The notes under the pieces were generated by a model that saw only the letters and a list, made by a program, of their open reading frames with translations, searched no databases and was not told the DNA's origin. The position numbers and the translations under genes were made by a program. From Setoptus koraiensis (taxonomy: Eukaryota; Animalia; Arthropoda), in the NCBI GenBank assembly GCA_048013815.1, contig CM106585.1:868001-932000 (forward strand): DNA of 64,000 nt, written 5' to 3'. Positions 28,857 through 42,518 of this stretch are shown here, one piece after another; the first letter of the stretch is position 1; each line of letters begins with the position of its first letter.

Positions 28857-31074
28857 GAGCGAAACTGCATGGATAGCGAACACAGATTTAACGTTGCGCT
28901 AAATTGCGCTAAACCTTCACTGCAAACCCGACATTCACCTGGTTGCGTAATCTGGTAACAAGTTGAAAGTTTGCACTGAGTTGGCAGCGATTTGACAGCG
29001 GCTAGACAGCTCGTCTGCAAGCGTCTATATAGTTACTGCATCATATTGGGCTGTTTCGAGTGACTATTGAGCGATAAATATGCACTCGCACGCTCTATTA
29101 TAATCAACTCATCACCTACCCGTTACCAGCCATCGCCTTGCCACCATTCAAGCCATCATCTGGCCCGTCAGCAGACAAGCTTGTGAGCCATCATTTGAGA
29201 CACGCATCATGTGAGCATGACAAGCTTGAAATTGTCATAGCGAGAGATGTTCGCGAATGATAAGACGCCAGTAGCACAGGTAAACAAGTCGACAGGTTGC
29301 TGGTATCGCATAATGAGAGCGTCGGCAGTGGCACCACATTTATACATATCTAGACACTCATTTGCATCGCATGTGCTCAAAACCAACTGCTGAGCACTTT
29401 TCATAAGATATCACAACCAACAGTCTACTCAAACTAAACATCTCGCCACAATGAATCAAGCCTGACAGACACAATTTTGCTTCTCTATTTGCAGCAAAAA
29501 AGTCCATGCATTTATCGTGTAGTTCCACTAGTAAATCCACTGCTTCTACTGTCGCCAGAGAAAACCTGTGCTTTTCCCCATCTGCTCCAAAAATTCCTAT
29601 CCAAAGCCCACCCGAAGAGAAGAACCCCAATTTTCGTCTTCTCTTCGGGACGGCTTCTACGGACTATGAGTTGTATTAGGTGTATGACAGCTCACATGCA
29701 TCAGAATGAGAAGCGAGCTTGCCCGGCTCATTGTCGTTGGTTAGATTGAAACGGTTATTTTATTAATAAAATAACTTTGGGCCATATTTTGTATACATGC
29801 AAGTTACGTAACAACAATATTAGCGACTCTTGATGGTAGCATGATCGATCAAGAGCCAGAGGTCACATACTAATGGCACTCATATCAGACACAAGCTCGT
29901 CGTTTCTATTCAATGTATCATCAGCAGCACAGGTATAGCATAACAGTGATAGTTTGTTAGATGGGCATCGCTAACGAATTGTCCAACCAAAAATAGCCCC
30001 ACTTTCTGATTGTAATGACAATCAAGTCTCTTTGCTCTTTTCTTCGCTATCTGCGACTCGTCGACACTCCCACAAAAATACAGCAATAGTAATAATAATA
30101 ATAAAGTTAATAAAATCAAAACTGGCGCTCACTGAGAATACATTTGAAAAAGAAACAAAAGCTAGGCCCATTTGAGCGGTAGTGATAGAGATGCATCATA
30201 AGTGAAACTGAAAATATTATCACTTAACTGTATTCAATCGTGCAAATGAGCCCATTATTCACACAATGTCACGCTCCACGCTTGATTCATACGCGATAGT
30301 TATGACGCAATCGCCATACAAGAGACATCAAGTTATGTGAGGAACAAGATAAAAACTTGCCAAACAAAAACTGATCTGAATATTCATATTTGATATCTTT
30401 AGACATGCCGTATACATAAAGTCATGAGTATACAGCATAAATAGAGAGCGACCTGTTATGCAACAGCATATTTACGCTCGGGACGCATTTACGTCACACT
30501 ATCATCGATCAGTATAAGTGTTAGTATCTTATAGAGTGTCTTTCGAGCTTGATGCTCAAAAGTTTGACACATGCCCACCACTCGAAAGCATACTGTCCGG
30601 CAATGTGCAACAAAATGGTCCGTTTATCTTCGTCATCTAACCAAAATATTAGGCCCAAACAAAGAGGCTGCCTACTAACAATATTGTACTTAATAATATT
30701 ATTACGTAAGAATATCATTACGTAAGAATATTATTACGCGCTGCAATATTGGATGGCACAACAAAAACAAAAATTATGAATTACGTTAGTGCATTACATA
30801 ATCAAAAGTACGTAATGCATGCACACTGTGATGAGGAGTGGCGACTGTGAATTGTGCAGGTTGCTCACAGTTGAGACTTGTTTTTCAGTGGATATTTCCG
30901 ACGTGATCACGAGCCCATGAGAATAGCTAAAAATAGTTTGTTGTTGTTGTTTTTGTGGATTGCATCATCGTGAGCGGTCGTCGACTAACAACCAATTCGT
31001 TTCATCATGACACTGTTTGAGCAATGACAGCAAGATCCGTTAGTTGGACACAATTATCGTCATCATTAAGCTTG

Positions 31075-31077
31075 TCG

Positions 31078-31150
<73 letters not shown>
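31075..31150 (+). repeat. (TTG)n microsatellite, ~25 units
   Basis: Direct reading. Confidence 0.96.
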
Positions 31151-34100
31151 CTTGGTGGGGGAGTGCGGCATGCGACCCGGCACACCGCGACACACATCCC
31201 CTGGCTCTGTAAATACATGTAACGCGCACTGTGGGCCCGCCCGCATTGTCCCGGCGGAGCACGGGCATTCCCTCAAGGAGTTTATTGTTGGCATCGGTTT
31301 AAATAGTGGGCCTCATGCAATGAAAAGCTAGCCAACTTTTACTGCTATTGCTAACATTGAATGTTAAGCGATTCGGCTGATTCGCTGATGGCCAATATCA
31401 CAGATCAGCCCAAACCTATTAGCACACATAATACTGGCGCATATTTCATCACTCGATATTTTATATATTCCAGCATATAAGGCTATAATAGAGATATGAT
31501 ATATTTTGGGATGGGCCACTTAGATCCACTAACTAGGTGGGCAACTGTGTGTTGAGCATCAGCAACAATTTTGTTTGCTGATGGGGCCGGCGAGCTAATG
31601 TGTGAGGGGGCCCACTTTAAAATTCAACTTGGGCTCCACTGTTTTCTGGTGATGATGCCAACGCTGTGCTATATGCTTTGATATATCCTCACACATATTC
31701 TGTGTTATATATTCTCTATTATAAATTCTCGAATGAGTATAGGTCGCTGGCTGGGCCAGCGCATATTATCGGCAATATTATCATCGGCAGTGATGCTGGC
31801 GCCAGGCCGGTGAGTGAGCACACCGAGCGCCAATTTGCATACTCTTGGCCCCGCCAACTCATGGCTTTCTAAGAGGCCATTAGTGGGCCACCAGCCAGCG
31901 CGTATTATATTTAATAGCTTGCCGTTTGAATATTGGATACTGGCTGGCACGTCGATGCTGTTGCCGGCCCCAAGTCTGGCAAATATTGGCAAGAGTGTGG
32001 CGTTTTGTGGTTGGCATGGATAGATATTTTATGTTGTTTGTCGGTGTGTAATTCGCATGCACTCCAATGACAGCCAGCCAAGCATTAGAGTTACTAGCAG
32101 CAGCAATATCTGTTTGGGGCTCCCTCTAGCTGTGACGGACTGTGACGAGCTCTGGCGGGTATAGGCTCTCTCATTAGGCGCGCCGATGGATGGCGGGCCC
32201 ACTGGCACGTGTTGGCACGACAACGGCAGCACAAGGGTGCACAGTGTGCCGGCTCATTTGGTTGATTAGAGCATGCTTGCACAATGCGAGCAAAATTGTT
32301 CGCTCCATTGAGGCCGCTCGTGGTCGTTTATTGATGATGGAATCAACGACGGCTGGCAAGTTGTTGCAAGACACTGTACACTCACAACAACTTGCGCATC
32401 GCACCATACTGTGCACACTGCAACGAGCATGATTTGCATAGATAGAGTGCACATAGCGACATTGCGACTTTATTTGGCAAAGTTGCACAAAGTGAACAAA
32501 GTTGCGCGTGCACAATGAGTCATCATCAAGCAGCGACACAGAATAAAAACACAGCGACAAAATGACAAAATCAAGAGCCGCTCCACGATTAAGACGTCTC
32601 CCGTTCGCTCTTCCGTTGATGACTATTTAAGCCCAATGTGGGCCCCTTTGAGTCGAGCCGTTCGGGGCCCAACGGCAGCTTTACTGCAAACACACATAAC
32701 ACAATCACAGCCGAACAGAGCAGAGCAGAACAGAACCCAACCCAAACCCAAACAAACCGAGCATTGCAACTTATGCAAGCGCGCGCCGATGCGAAAATAA
32801 CCCGCGCTGTGCATGAATAAGAAATGGCCGGCACGCTTTGGCGATCACCTAGCGACTTTTGCGAGCGCAGCTAGGTGAGAGCGGGCCTCTCACAGTGGCC
32901 GGCAGTGGGTGGCAAATTGAGCGCCGGAAGTGGCTCGCTGGTGCCCGTGTGCCGTCGTGCCGTCGTGCGGGGGAGAGACGCATTTGGCGGGGGGCGACGC
33001 ATTTGGCGGGGAGCGACGCATTTGGCGGGGAGCGAGAGAGTGTCGTTTGAGAGCAACAAAACAGGCAGCTTGTGGTGCAAGCCGCTGGTTGGCGCCAGTG
33101 TGCATACACTCTCTAATGAAACATAACGAGCTAATAAGTTGCCTTGGCTGTTGTTGCTTATAATTTGCCTATGATAATATAATTTGTCCTCTTAGATAAT
33201 TTAGTTGCCTGCTGTTCTGTTATGGCTCGTCATCGAGCACGCCGGGCTCCAGTCGGGCCCCAATCGGGCCTCAGTCGATTTGCTAGCGGAGACTCAGTGA
33301 GCGACTCACTTGCACACTGGCAGTCGCTAGTGCACAGTGGTGTGCACAGTAGTGTGCACAGCAGACTGGAAGCGGTGGCAAGAGTCGGCTAGCCAGGTTG
33401 CATCGCCCGAGGTGCAAATGCAACAGACAATGGCGGGGTGACAACTGGGGCTCGCTCTATTTGATATCGATTATCTCTTTGGAGTTGGCTCGCATTTGGC
33501 GGAGCTCGTTGCGCCGACTTGCGCTCAAAATGCTTGCCTCGGGACACATGGAGCCGGCAAGCGGGCCACTGGCAACACTGGCGCTGGCGTTACATAAAAA
33601 ACAAACTTGTCTTAAGCACGAGAGATTGGATATGGGCAGCAGTTGATTGATTTGAGTTTGAGCGAGATCATGAGCACAAGTTGCAAACTTGAGTGCCGTG
33701 CATTCGCTCTCGCTGGCTGGTTGGCGGGCTGGCTCGTTGGCTCGTTGGCTTGTTGGCGGGCCCCAGCGCAAACACAGCAAACAAGGCGAGCGGGCGACTT
33801 TTAGTCGATCAGTTATGCGATTCTCGCCAGCCATACGGGCTGTATGAGTTATGCCAGCAACAGAGCAGTCAACTGGGCCTCGAGTGTCCTTGTTGGCCTC
33901 GGTCGCGCTTCATTGGTTGCGCTAATTTGAATTACGCCACACGAACAACGACATTTTGTTTGATTTGAATTTTTCGAGCTCGCCAACTCAAGTATGGTTG
34001 TTTCATGCTCGTTGCCTCATGCGTCTGTCACATTGTCCGGCTCAACCTTGCTCAGGGCTGTGCTCGTTTTTGAGCAGTGTGCCACAATGATGCTGTCCAG

Positions 34101-37100
34101 TGGCCAGTCGCCAGTCGCCAGTCGCACCACCAACCCATCACATCCATCAGCTGCTGACCAACGCTGTGGCCGGTCAATCGGCAATATATTACGTAACGTA
34201 ACGTATTGTATTATATAATATTAGTGCTCGCCAGCTCGACATGTAATATCGAGCACACATCACCCAGCTGACAATTGTGAGAGGCCCAAATGAAATCGAT
34301 TCTCTAGAGTGTGTGTGTGTGTGTGTGTGTTTTAAAATGTGATTGGTTTGCGCAACGAATCTTGATTGCACACTGACACTGGCACACTGACACTGGCACA
34401 CTGACATTGGCACACTGACACTGGCGCACCGACATTGGCACACTGATACTGGCTCACTGACACTGGCATTGCGCAACGTTGAACAACATTGCGACAACAA
34501 TTGAATCAGATCGCACAATGAATATACGGCAAGCTGGCCACACTATCAACTGACAGTCAACTGACACATGAATAGAGGTGAGACGCACCTGAGCATGCAC
34601 GCACAAGTGCTACAACAACAACACTCACGTGCAAACTTTGCCCAAAGTGTGTGGGCGGCTGTTGGGTCTGTCCCAGATGGCGCCATCGATACTATGAAAT
34701 TGAATGTTATAGTGCAACAGTGACACTTAGCATATTTACAATAAGCTGTGCTGTTGCACAAGGCAAGCTTATTGGCACAATTGTTGTTATAGTTACCTGA
34801 CTATTGTGAGCCAAAATGCCTATATCAACTAGCAACAACTCAACCCAAACAGCCAGCCAACACTTACAACTTATAAGTTGTAACTGTTAACTTATAACTG
34901 ACCGGCAGCGCCGTCTTGCGCCCGGCACCTAGAGCTAGTTTTGTTTGGTTAATGTTGGCTCACCGTTGTAGTTTGTTTTGGTGCTTATTGAACAGCCAAC
35001 AAGCCAAGCAACATCCCACCCAAACGGACAGACAAATAGTTTTAATTTTTTAAATGGAAACTCGACTTTATATATATATGTGTTACTTTTGTGAGCTGCT
35101 GCCTATAAACAGTTTGCCTGTACTGTATGCAGTTAGTATAACTGTTATGTAACAGTTGTTGTGTGACACAATCTACTGACGATCACGTGACAGCGTGATG
35201 GATGCGTGCTCGACAGTCAGTGCTCGACATGTGGACAAGGCCGCTTAATGAGCGATGTCTGACACGTAGCTCATTTACATAACAATGACAATCACGTGCA
35301 CGCTGAACATTGAACGTAGACGCATAGCGGACAGAAACAAAACAAAAAACAACGTGTTTTGTCGCATTGTTGCCGGTTGTTGTCGTGAGTTAGACGGTTA
35401 TTGTGCGACCACTTGAGTGCGACCATTGCTAGAGCGACGAAGCGAATTGTAAGAATTGTTAGAATTGTTTGAATGGTTAGAATTGTTTGAATTGTGTGTC
35501 CTCAGCCGTTTACTTGAGCTCGTGTCAGAACTTGTGGCATTCGTTTTATTTTAAACGACTCGCCAGCACAAGTGAGCACAAGCGGTCATGTGACGACCGG
35601 CCCAAAGACAACAATTTTTGAGACCATTTCATCTATTTGACTGACGCAATGAATGGGCCCCCCGCTTGCATAAGTGAATGAGTGACAACACGCTAACTAA
35701 ATATACTTGTCATGTGCATAATATTTAAAGCACGCGCATAGCAATGAGCAAAGTTGAGAGTAAAAGTGATAGAAGAGTTTGAGGGCGACAAAGAGTTGCA
35801 TTACTAAATACTAACTACTGTCATAGTATAATGGCATAATGGCATAATGGTATAATGGTAGGTGACGCAACGTGAATATTATGATAAGAATTAGATTAAT
35901 TCATCGTGTCGCTGGTCGCATGCAACACCATTGTGATTGTCAGGCCAAAGGTGATGCCATTTTGTTGTTGCTCGTTCATGTAAAGACAAACACGTACTGT
36001 TGCTCTCTCTGTTTCTGTTGCTGTTGCTGTTGCGTCACAATTCTTGGCGCAGCAACAGCAACAGAAACAGCGACGCTCGGACGCAACGTCAACGACCGAT
36101 CTAAATAAACAATCTGTCAGATGCCATTGAATAATAACAGGCCAAGTGACAGGAAATGGCTACACTGCTTATTAGTGGCATGTATTAACAGTGTCAGTCA
36201 GTCAGTAATAAGCAACTAATAAGCATACAAACACGAGCTGTGTCCGCTGTCTAACAAATGCCCTAACGTAACTGTGATAATAGCCAATAGACACAAAATA
36301 CCCAGGTCAGGTAAATCAATGCGAGGTGTGCCCATGTGATGAGAGATATAGGTGAGAGTGTGCAGATCATGAGGAACACATGAGCACAAATGAGATGGCA
36401 AGATGACGGACGTGGCACACAAAAGAATTACACGCGCTTTATTGAATTTTATTGAATTATATTGAATTGAATTGAGTCGAATTGAATTGAATCGAATTGA
36501 ATCGATCGACAGATCGATTGATTCAATTCAATTCAAACCAATGAAATTCACAACGCCAAATGAAACGCAGTCCAATCCGTCTTGGCACAGTGTGCATCTG
36601 TGCCCAGCTCCACTTAAGCTCATTTTCGGGCCAAGCAAGCGAGCGAGCGAGCTCGCCAAGTTGCATCAGCCCAGCAGAGGGGACAGCGACGCCACAAGAC
36701 ATTTTTTGTCTCAAATTTTGCCCTATTTTGCCCCATTCTCCCGGCGCGGCTTCTGCGGCCTGCAATGGCCATGACCGGGCCGGCAAAATAGAATGCGCAA
36801 TACTATTAATAATAATAATTGGAGTAATACTACTCCAATTGCAGGCATAGATGGGTCCCCGCGGGACGTTGGCCCGCAGTTAGTGCCCTGCGTGGCCCGG
36901 CTCGGCGCGGTCCGGCCCGGCCCGGCTTGGCTCGTGTACAGTGTGTGTGTGTGTGTTATTGATTATTATTATCATGATGGTAATAATGTCAATGATTATT
37001 ATCACCATCATTTGTTATTGTAAAGCGTGTTGCGTGTGTGTCTGTTGTTGCAACACGCCGGCTGGATAGGCTGGCTAGATGTGGCCGGCTAGCCAAGCTG

Positions 37101-39877
37101 TTGTTTGTGGGCCTGGCAAGCTGAATTTGCACTGCTCAATCAACGCTCGCCAAGGCGGCCCAACAGTCGCCAAATGACGACTTGCCGAGCTAATTTTTCA
37201 AGACACACAATGGTGTTGAAGTGCTCAACAAAACAGTATGGCACGAGCCACGTTAACCATCGTCAGCAGGCAGCGCGGGGGAGCCCACAGCTGAAAGCTG
37301 AGAGCACAGAGCTGATAGCTGACAAGAGCTGTGAGAGTTGGGCGCCAAAATGAAAATTGTCGAAAAGCCGCCGGCAGCTCTCGCTGGTAACGAGCGGCAC
37401 CCTCGAGGCGCCCTGATTACCATCTAAAATTATACAGTGAGCGCACAGCAGCAGCGAATCAATGCCAGCGCCTGATTGCCGGGGCCCAGTAGCCGGCCAG
37501 AGCTAATAAAACGAGAGAGAAGCCAATGGATGCTAATCTAATGAGCGACAGCAATTGTGTCCAACGGCTAGATATGGTTGAGCCGAGGGCTTAGCCATTT
37601 GGCCCGCCAGCAGCACATAGGACACAACATTCATTTATAAATGGCTTGGCACACACTGGCTAATTCATACATTTTACATTTGTCTCTTTATCTGGCAAGT
37701 TATTTTTGCACTAGCGACTGTCGCGCCGCGCCTAGCGCAAAACTGAGCCAGATTAGGCGGCCTTGTCACTCACGGCCTCTATTGGCCCCCATCAAATGGA
37801 CAACTGCTCTCCAGACTCGATTGTTTGGATTTTCTCGCTAACTCGGTCATAGTTGCGCCAGTTTGCTCGTGCCAGTTTGCTCGTGCCAGTTTGCTCGTGC
37901 CACTGGCTACTCAACGTGCACTTCCGCAGGACAAAAACAAATAAATAACATGGCACAGCCAACAACATTGTTGTCGCCCCTATGCGCCCATTGTTCAGCG
38001 ACGACCGATTTAGTTGGTCGTCCCCGTTGCATCATATTTTATTTTTACTTTATCATCATCTTTGTGAACCCAATGCCGGCACACAACACACTGATCAAAC
38101 TTATTAGCCCTCGAACAAGCCCAACCGAACTGAATCGAACCGAACCGAACAGAGCCAAACCGAAACAAAACTAAACAAACCAAATGAAACAGATCGTCGC
38201 CTACAATCCATATGCTCGGGTGCATTTGTTTGCTGCGTGGGCGAACCCAAAGCTACACGACTCTTCTTTCTTTGGCTTTTCCGCTCATGAACGATTTCTA
38301 AAACTTTCAGGTGCCCCCAATAGTGGAACGAGTCGATCTACGATGACAATTTTGATTCATGAGCACTAGTTTTCGCGACGAGAAAAGCTCAACCTTACTG
38401 TATATTACATCGTCTTCCGACAACAATAAACTCGACGTTGTCAGCTGACAATACATCCAAAATATTGATTGCTCTGTTATTTTATCGTTAATCGCCACTA
38501 GCGATAATGCGAAATGGATGGGGCGCATAGTATTCACGCGTGGATAGTGGTGGATTTGTTGTATTTTGCCTTGGAAATTGAAAACGTCAATAAGTGATGG
38601 AAGATGAGCATTTTGAATGGGATTATTGCTGAATGCTGCACTCGCTTCAAATTTATTATCGAGCCTGCTTCTGACACAAATTTTCAGTTGTGTCGCAAAT
38701 AATCAATCAATTTCAATATCGCCTCCTGTCCATCGGTAACTCTCAATATGAGCGCGATTTTTTTGGCAATTGTCCTCGTGCTTTTAGAAGCAGTTATTTG
38801 CTTGCATGGCCACTCAATGGAGAGTGACTTTTTTCAGCTAAAGCAGCAAACAACCTCATTCATTCATATTAGTGACGATGAGCGACACAAAAAGGCAGCC
38901 TCTTCCGTTTTGGCTTTGTATTTGGTTTTGTTCATCAAACGGAGTCAGCTAGATGTAGCGACAATTTTAGTTGGCAGATAGCACAACAACTGGTGACACG
39001 ATTGGTATGAGTTGTGAAACATTTGATTGGACCATGACGATCAGTGGTTGTCGGCTTGTCGAATGAGGAAGTAACTAACTAATTGGGAAATTGTGATGAA
39101 TATTTCTGGCTTGAATCAATGGGCTCGAAGAAATAGGCAATTCCATTAGCGGCAAATAGTGAGAATTGCATTAGATGAGATTCTGTGCTTTCACGTAATG
39201 GTTTGGCACGGGCATTTGTGTATGGCATGTTGTGCGTTGGGCCATTCATACTTTTAGTATTGCAGTGTTTTAGTGGGGCCCAATGTGCCATTAACATGAT
39301 CAGAAATGAGTTAAATTGTTGCCGATGAGCATGCCGGCCGACTAGCGAAAAATATGTGGCCTAGATTGTTGTGTGCGTTAGTGAGTATGTTAGTGAGTAT
39401 GTTAGTGAGTATGTTGGTGAGTATGTTGGTGAGTATGTGTGTATTGTGTATTGGTGGCAGTGGCTGGCAATTGGATTGGTCAGTGGTTGACTTGGTGGTG
39501 GAAAGAAGAAAAACTGATCACACTGATGGTTGGTGCGATGGCTTTGATGGCAAATGAAGGCATCAGCAGTAAGCCAACATGAGCGACACACAAACAGACG
39601 AACAAGTGGACCTGTCATTGTCTAATTGAGTTATGGGCAAACTTTATTAGATTGGGCCAGAGCAAACATGGCAGCACACAAATGGAGCCGGCAGCCGGCA
39701 GCCAGCGGACAGCGGACAGCGGACAGCAATGTTGAGATGGCATGGGGCCAGATTGATAGAAGGATAAAACTATCTTGTTCATTTGCAAATGCTGCACCAA
39801 CAAGCGCGCCAACAGTGGCCTTGTTTGAATTGTTTGCCGGCCCGGCCAGCATCTTGGCCCGCGTTACACAGTTACCT

Positions 39878-39990
39878 AATGTGAGCCTAACTCATGTCAG
39901 TCTAACCGATGTGAGCCCAACTGATGTGAGTCTAGCTGATGTGAGTCTAACTGATGTGAGTCTAACTGATGTGAGTCTTGCTGATGTGAG
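39878..39990 (+). repeat. 15-bp minisatellite GATGTGAGTCTAACT x7
   Basis: Units start at 39878, 39893, 39908, 39923, 39938, 39953 and 39968. It produces the spurious DVSLT repeat ORF. Confidence 0.93.
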
Positions 39991-41298
39991 GCCGGCATTG
40001 GGCCAGTTTAACACAAGCACACAAACAATGTGTATGTTTGAACAACACCGCATTCATTACATAACAACACATGATATAACAATGGCACCCCCATTGTTGT
40101 ATCGGCTATTCCAGTGGCTAGCGGCTCTCTCTAATTATATGTTACCGCTAACTAACTATGCTGCCCACTAACATTGCAACCAACATTGAACTAACGCGCT
40201 TGTTTGCAGAGTTAGCTGCGCTGTGATTTGATTTGATTGAGTTATCTCTAGCTCGATAGCCACCGCTACAAGTCTACCTAGGCCGCCTAGGCTACCTAGA
40301 CCGCCTAGACTACCCAGACTGGCTAGACTAGCCAGGCCCACCATAGGACTAGCCAGGCCCACCATAGGCCTACCATGAGCTGGCTACAAACAAATCGCTG
40401 GCGAGCGAGCCGCCGGCCAAATATTACGGGCAACGTAATAACGCGTGTGCCTTATTACGAGCCAGTGAGCGAGGTGCCTTAAATCGCGCTAAACAAACAT
40501 CCTGCAGACGTGTCTAATAAAATACTTTGCTCATACTTTGCATACCAACTTGCCGTTGCGCCACCCTGGTCACTCACTCACCTGTTCGGTCTAAGCCATC
40601 GGCTGTTGAAGCAAACGGCATAGCAAAGATAAAATGGGCGATCTTTTCATTAGGTGGCCTTGTGATTCGTGGTGTTTTGTGTTCACTTCATTGAGCACAC
40701 ATATTGTGTGCATCGATAGTCCGTTTGGGCCCATCTCGTTGGCTATGTTATTAGGCATGTTGTTACTGTTGCTGGCCCCAATGTGTTCATTATCCATGCG
40801 CCATGTGATCCGCTTGCCAATCAGCTATTCTGAATCGAATGGCACTGAATGGGGCCCCACTTACACACTTGGCGCCACTGGCCATTGTCCACTGTCAGAC
40901 ATCAATACTACGAGAATACGTGACTGATAAACAATGCAAATGAATGCATGTTTGCACTGATAAAGCCACCAAACACACATAAGAAAGTTTGTGCAATAAG
41001 TGACAATTATTATGGCTCGCTCGCCACTAACCGGCCCCATTGTTCCACCCAACAAAAGTCGCACACGCCACCTAGGCAGCAAACAAAAAGAGGGGCCCTA
41101 ATCTCACTCTATAATCTGTCTATCACTGTCCAACTGTGTGCAATAGCCAGACAAAAAAGAAACAATCGCAATACAATCGTTTCATCGACGTGCACTTCAC
41201 AGAGCGAACATTGCGTATAACGATGTACAATTCAATGATAAAAATAACCAAACAAATAATTTTGTTCATCACTATGAGGGACGATGCTAATTTTCTAG

Positions 41299-42430
41299 CT
41301 CTTTTGTTATAAATGATATCTGACCATAGGGCTTATGTTGATATTGTTGCCAGAGACTCACCGGAGGCGAGAACGGAAGCTCTAGATTTATGGTATTCCG
41401 AATGTAGCTCCATTATTTCGGATATCATGAGTTCATCAGACGACGAATGTCACGCCTACCTAGATTCCATCTTAGAAACTGTGACAAAATTTATACTAGA
41501 TAGGCCTATTTTACAGAAGAAAACATTTCTTATAAAATCTTCAAGCAAACATCAGGCCAAAACGAAACAACAATTGGGTCGAGGTTTAGAGGCAGTCAAT
41601 AATCTGACGAGGGTCCTGTCAGATCCAAATAAATTAATTATCAAAAAAATGTTATCCGTTGATGACTATAGTAGTACAGTTTGTGACTGGATTCAAGACA
41701 ATCTAGTGAAGTCATTGGAGAATATCCTGGAAGACATGACATCAATTGCAAGACCTATTTTATCTATTGAGAGATCTGTTTGCATGGAACTTATACAACA
41801 ACGTCAGATCTACAATGATACATTAGAGTCTTCGATCACTCATTTCGAGGATTATAGCAAACGAATTTTTGACGAGCTCATATTGAAGCCAGTTACTCAA
41901 CCAGAGTTAAAAGTGCTTAATTCTACTCATGAACTATGTGCGCCACTATTTATCTGTGGTTCTCAAGGTTGCGGTAAATCTACGATTATGTCAAATTTGA
42001 TCGATCTGAAGAAGTTCGAAGGTTTCTTTTGGGCTATTTCAGCAGACCTCTTAGGAAACTCTCCTCAGTTAATATTGAAGCTATTCAACAATCCAAAACG
42101 TCATCAACGAACAAGCTCGATCAAAATGGAGAATTGAAAGAAGATTTGAGTAAATTGATGAGGATGCAGTTGGCCAATAACTACTCGGAATCAACTTACT
42201 TAGCTCTTCTCACTGATCCTAGTAATGCCAAAGATCAATTGCTCAACAAGTACCATTTCTATGGCAGATTCTTCTACAGTTGCAAACCGGAAGAATTCAT
42301 CGAGGACTGCGATCGTTATGCTATTGTTACTGCCATATCAGCAACTAAGTCAAGTAGCGGCACCGAATTGGGCCACCTAGTCAATTACGTGTGTAGCGCA
42401 ATATATCCATTGCGTCACGATGTTTATTAT
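41299..42430 (+). pseudogene. Partial, internally deleted copy of the NACHT/NWD-like gene at 61429+
   Basis: 41339-42002 matches 62325-62988 with 2 mismatches seen. 42008-42050 matches 63958-64000. A 969-bp deletion replaced by GATCT causes a frameshift. It lacks the 5' end and is truncated near 42430. Confidence 0.9.
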
Positions 42431-42518
42431 ATTATGCGTTGATTGAAGCATCCAGACTGGATGCTCCAAAAGCAATGTGACAAAAAAAAAGATTCGAGTT
42501 TGGCCAGGGACAACTTAC

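Larger units (their letters stand above)
350..41290. other. Microsatellite/minisatellite-rich gene desert (or giant intron)
   Basis: Dense (CAA)n, (CA)n, (GCCA)n, (TTTCG)n, (TTCTG)n, (GATCA)n tracts and 9-21 bp tandem arrays. The ORFs in the track here are short, low-complexity antisense or SSR read-throughs with no recognisable domain. Confidence 0.75.

Noticed and set aside
28555-28883. Poly-Asp, poly-His, poly-Ser and poly-Met ORFs
   Set aside because: All frames are open only because of (CAT)n; the flanks are 14-bp arrays.
29910-30119. Signal peptide plus KKRAKR furin-site neuropeptide-like ORF
   Set aside because: The Leu run is a (TTA)n repeat, there is no ATG, and an in-frame TGA lies four codons upstream.
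38290-38340. DSFHYWGHLK as a mariner transposase motif
   Set aside because: The upstream SPDL(N/T)P motif is absent and the frame is closed on both sides.
41996-42010. GATCGATC as a Hi-C (DpnII/MboI) ligation junction
   Set aside because: The right-hand partner in the intact gene (63951-63960, TATTGTAGAA) has no GATC site, so a templated repair insert fits better.
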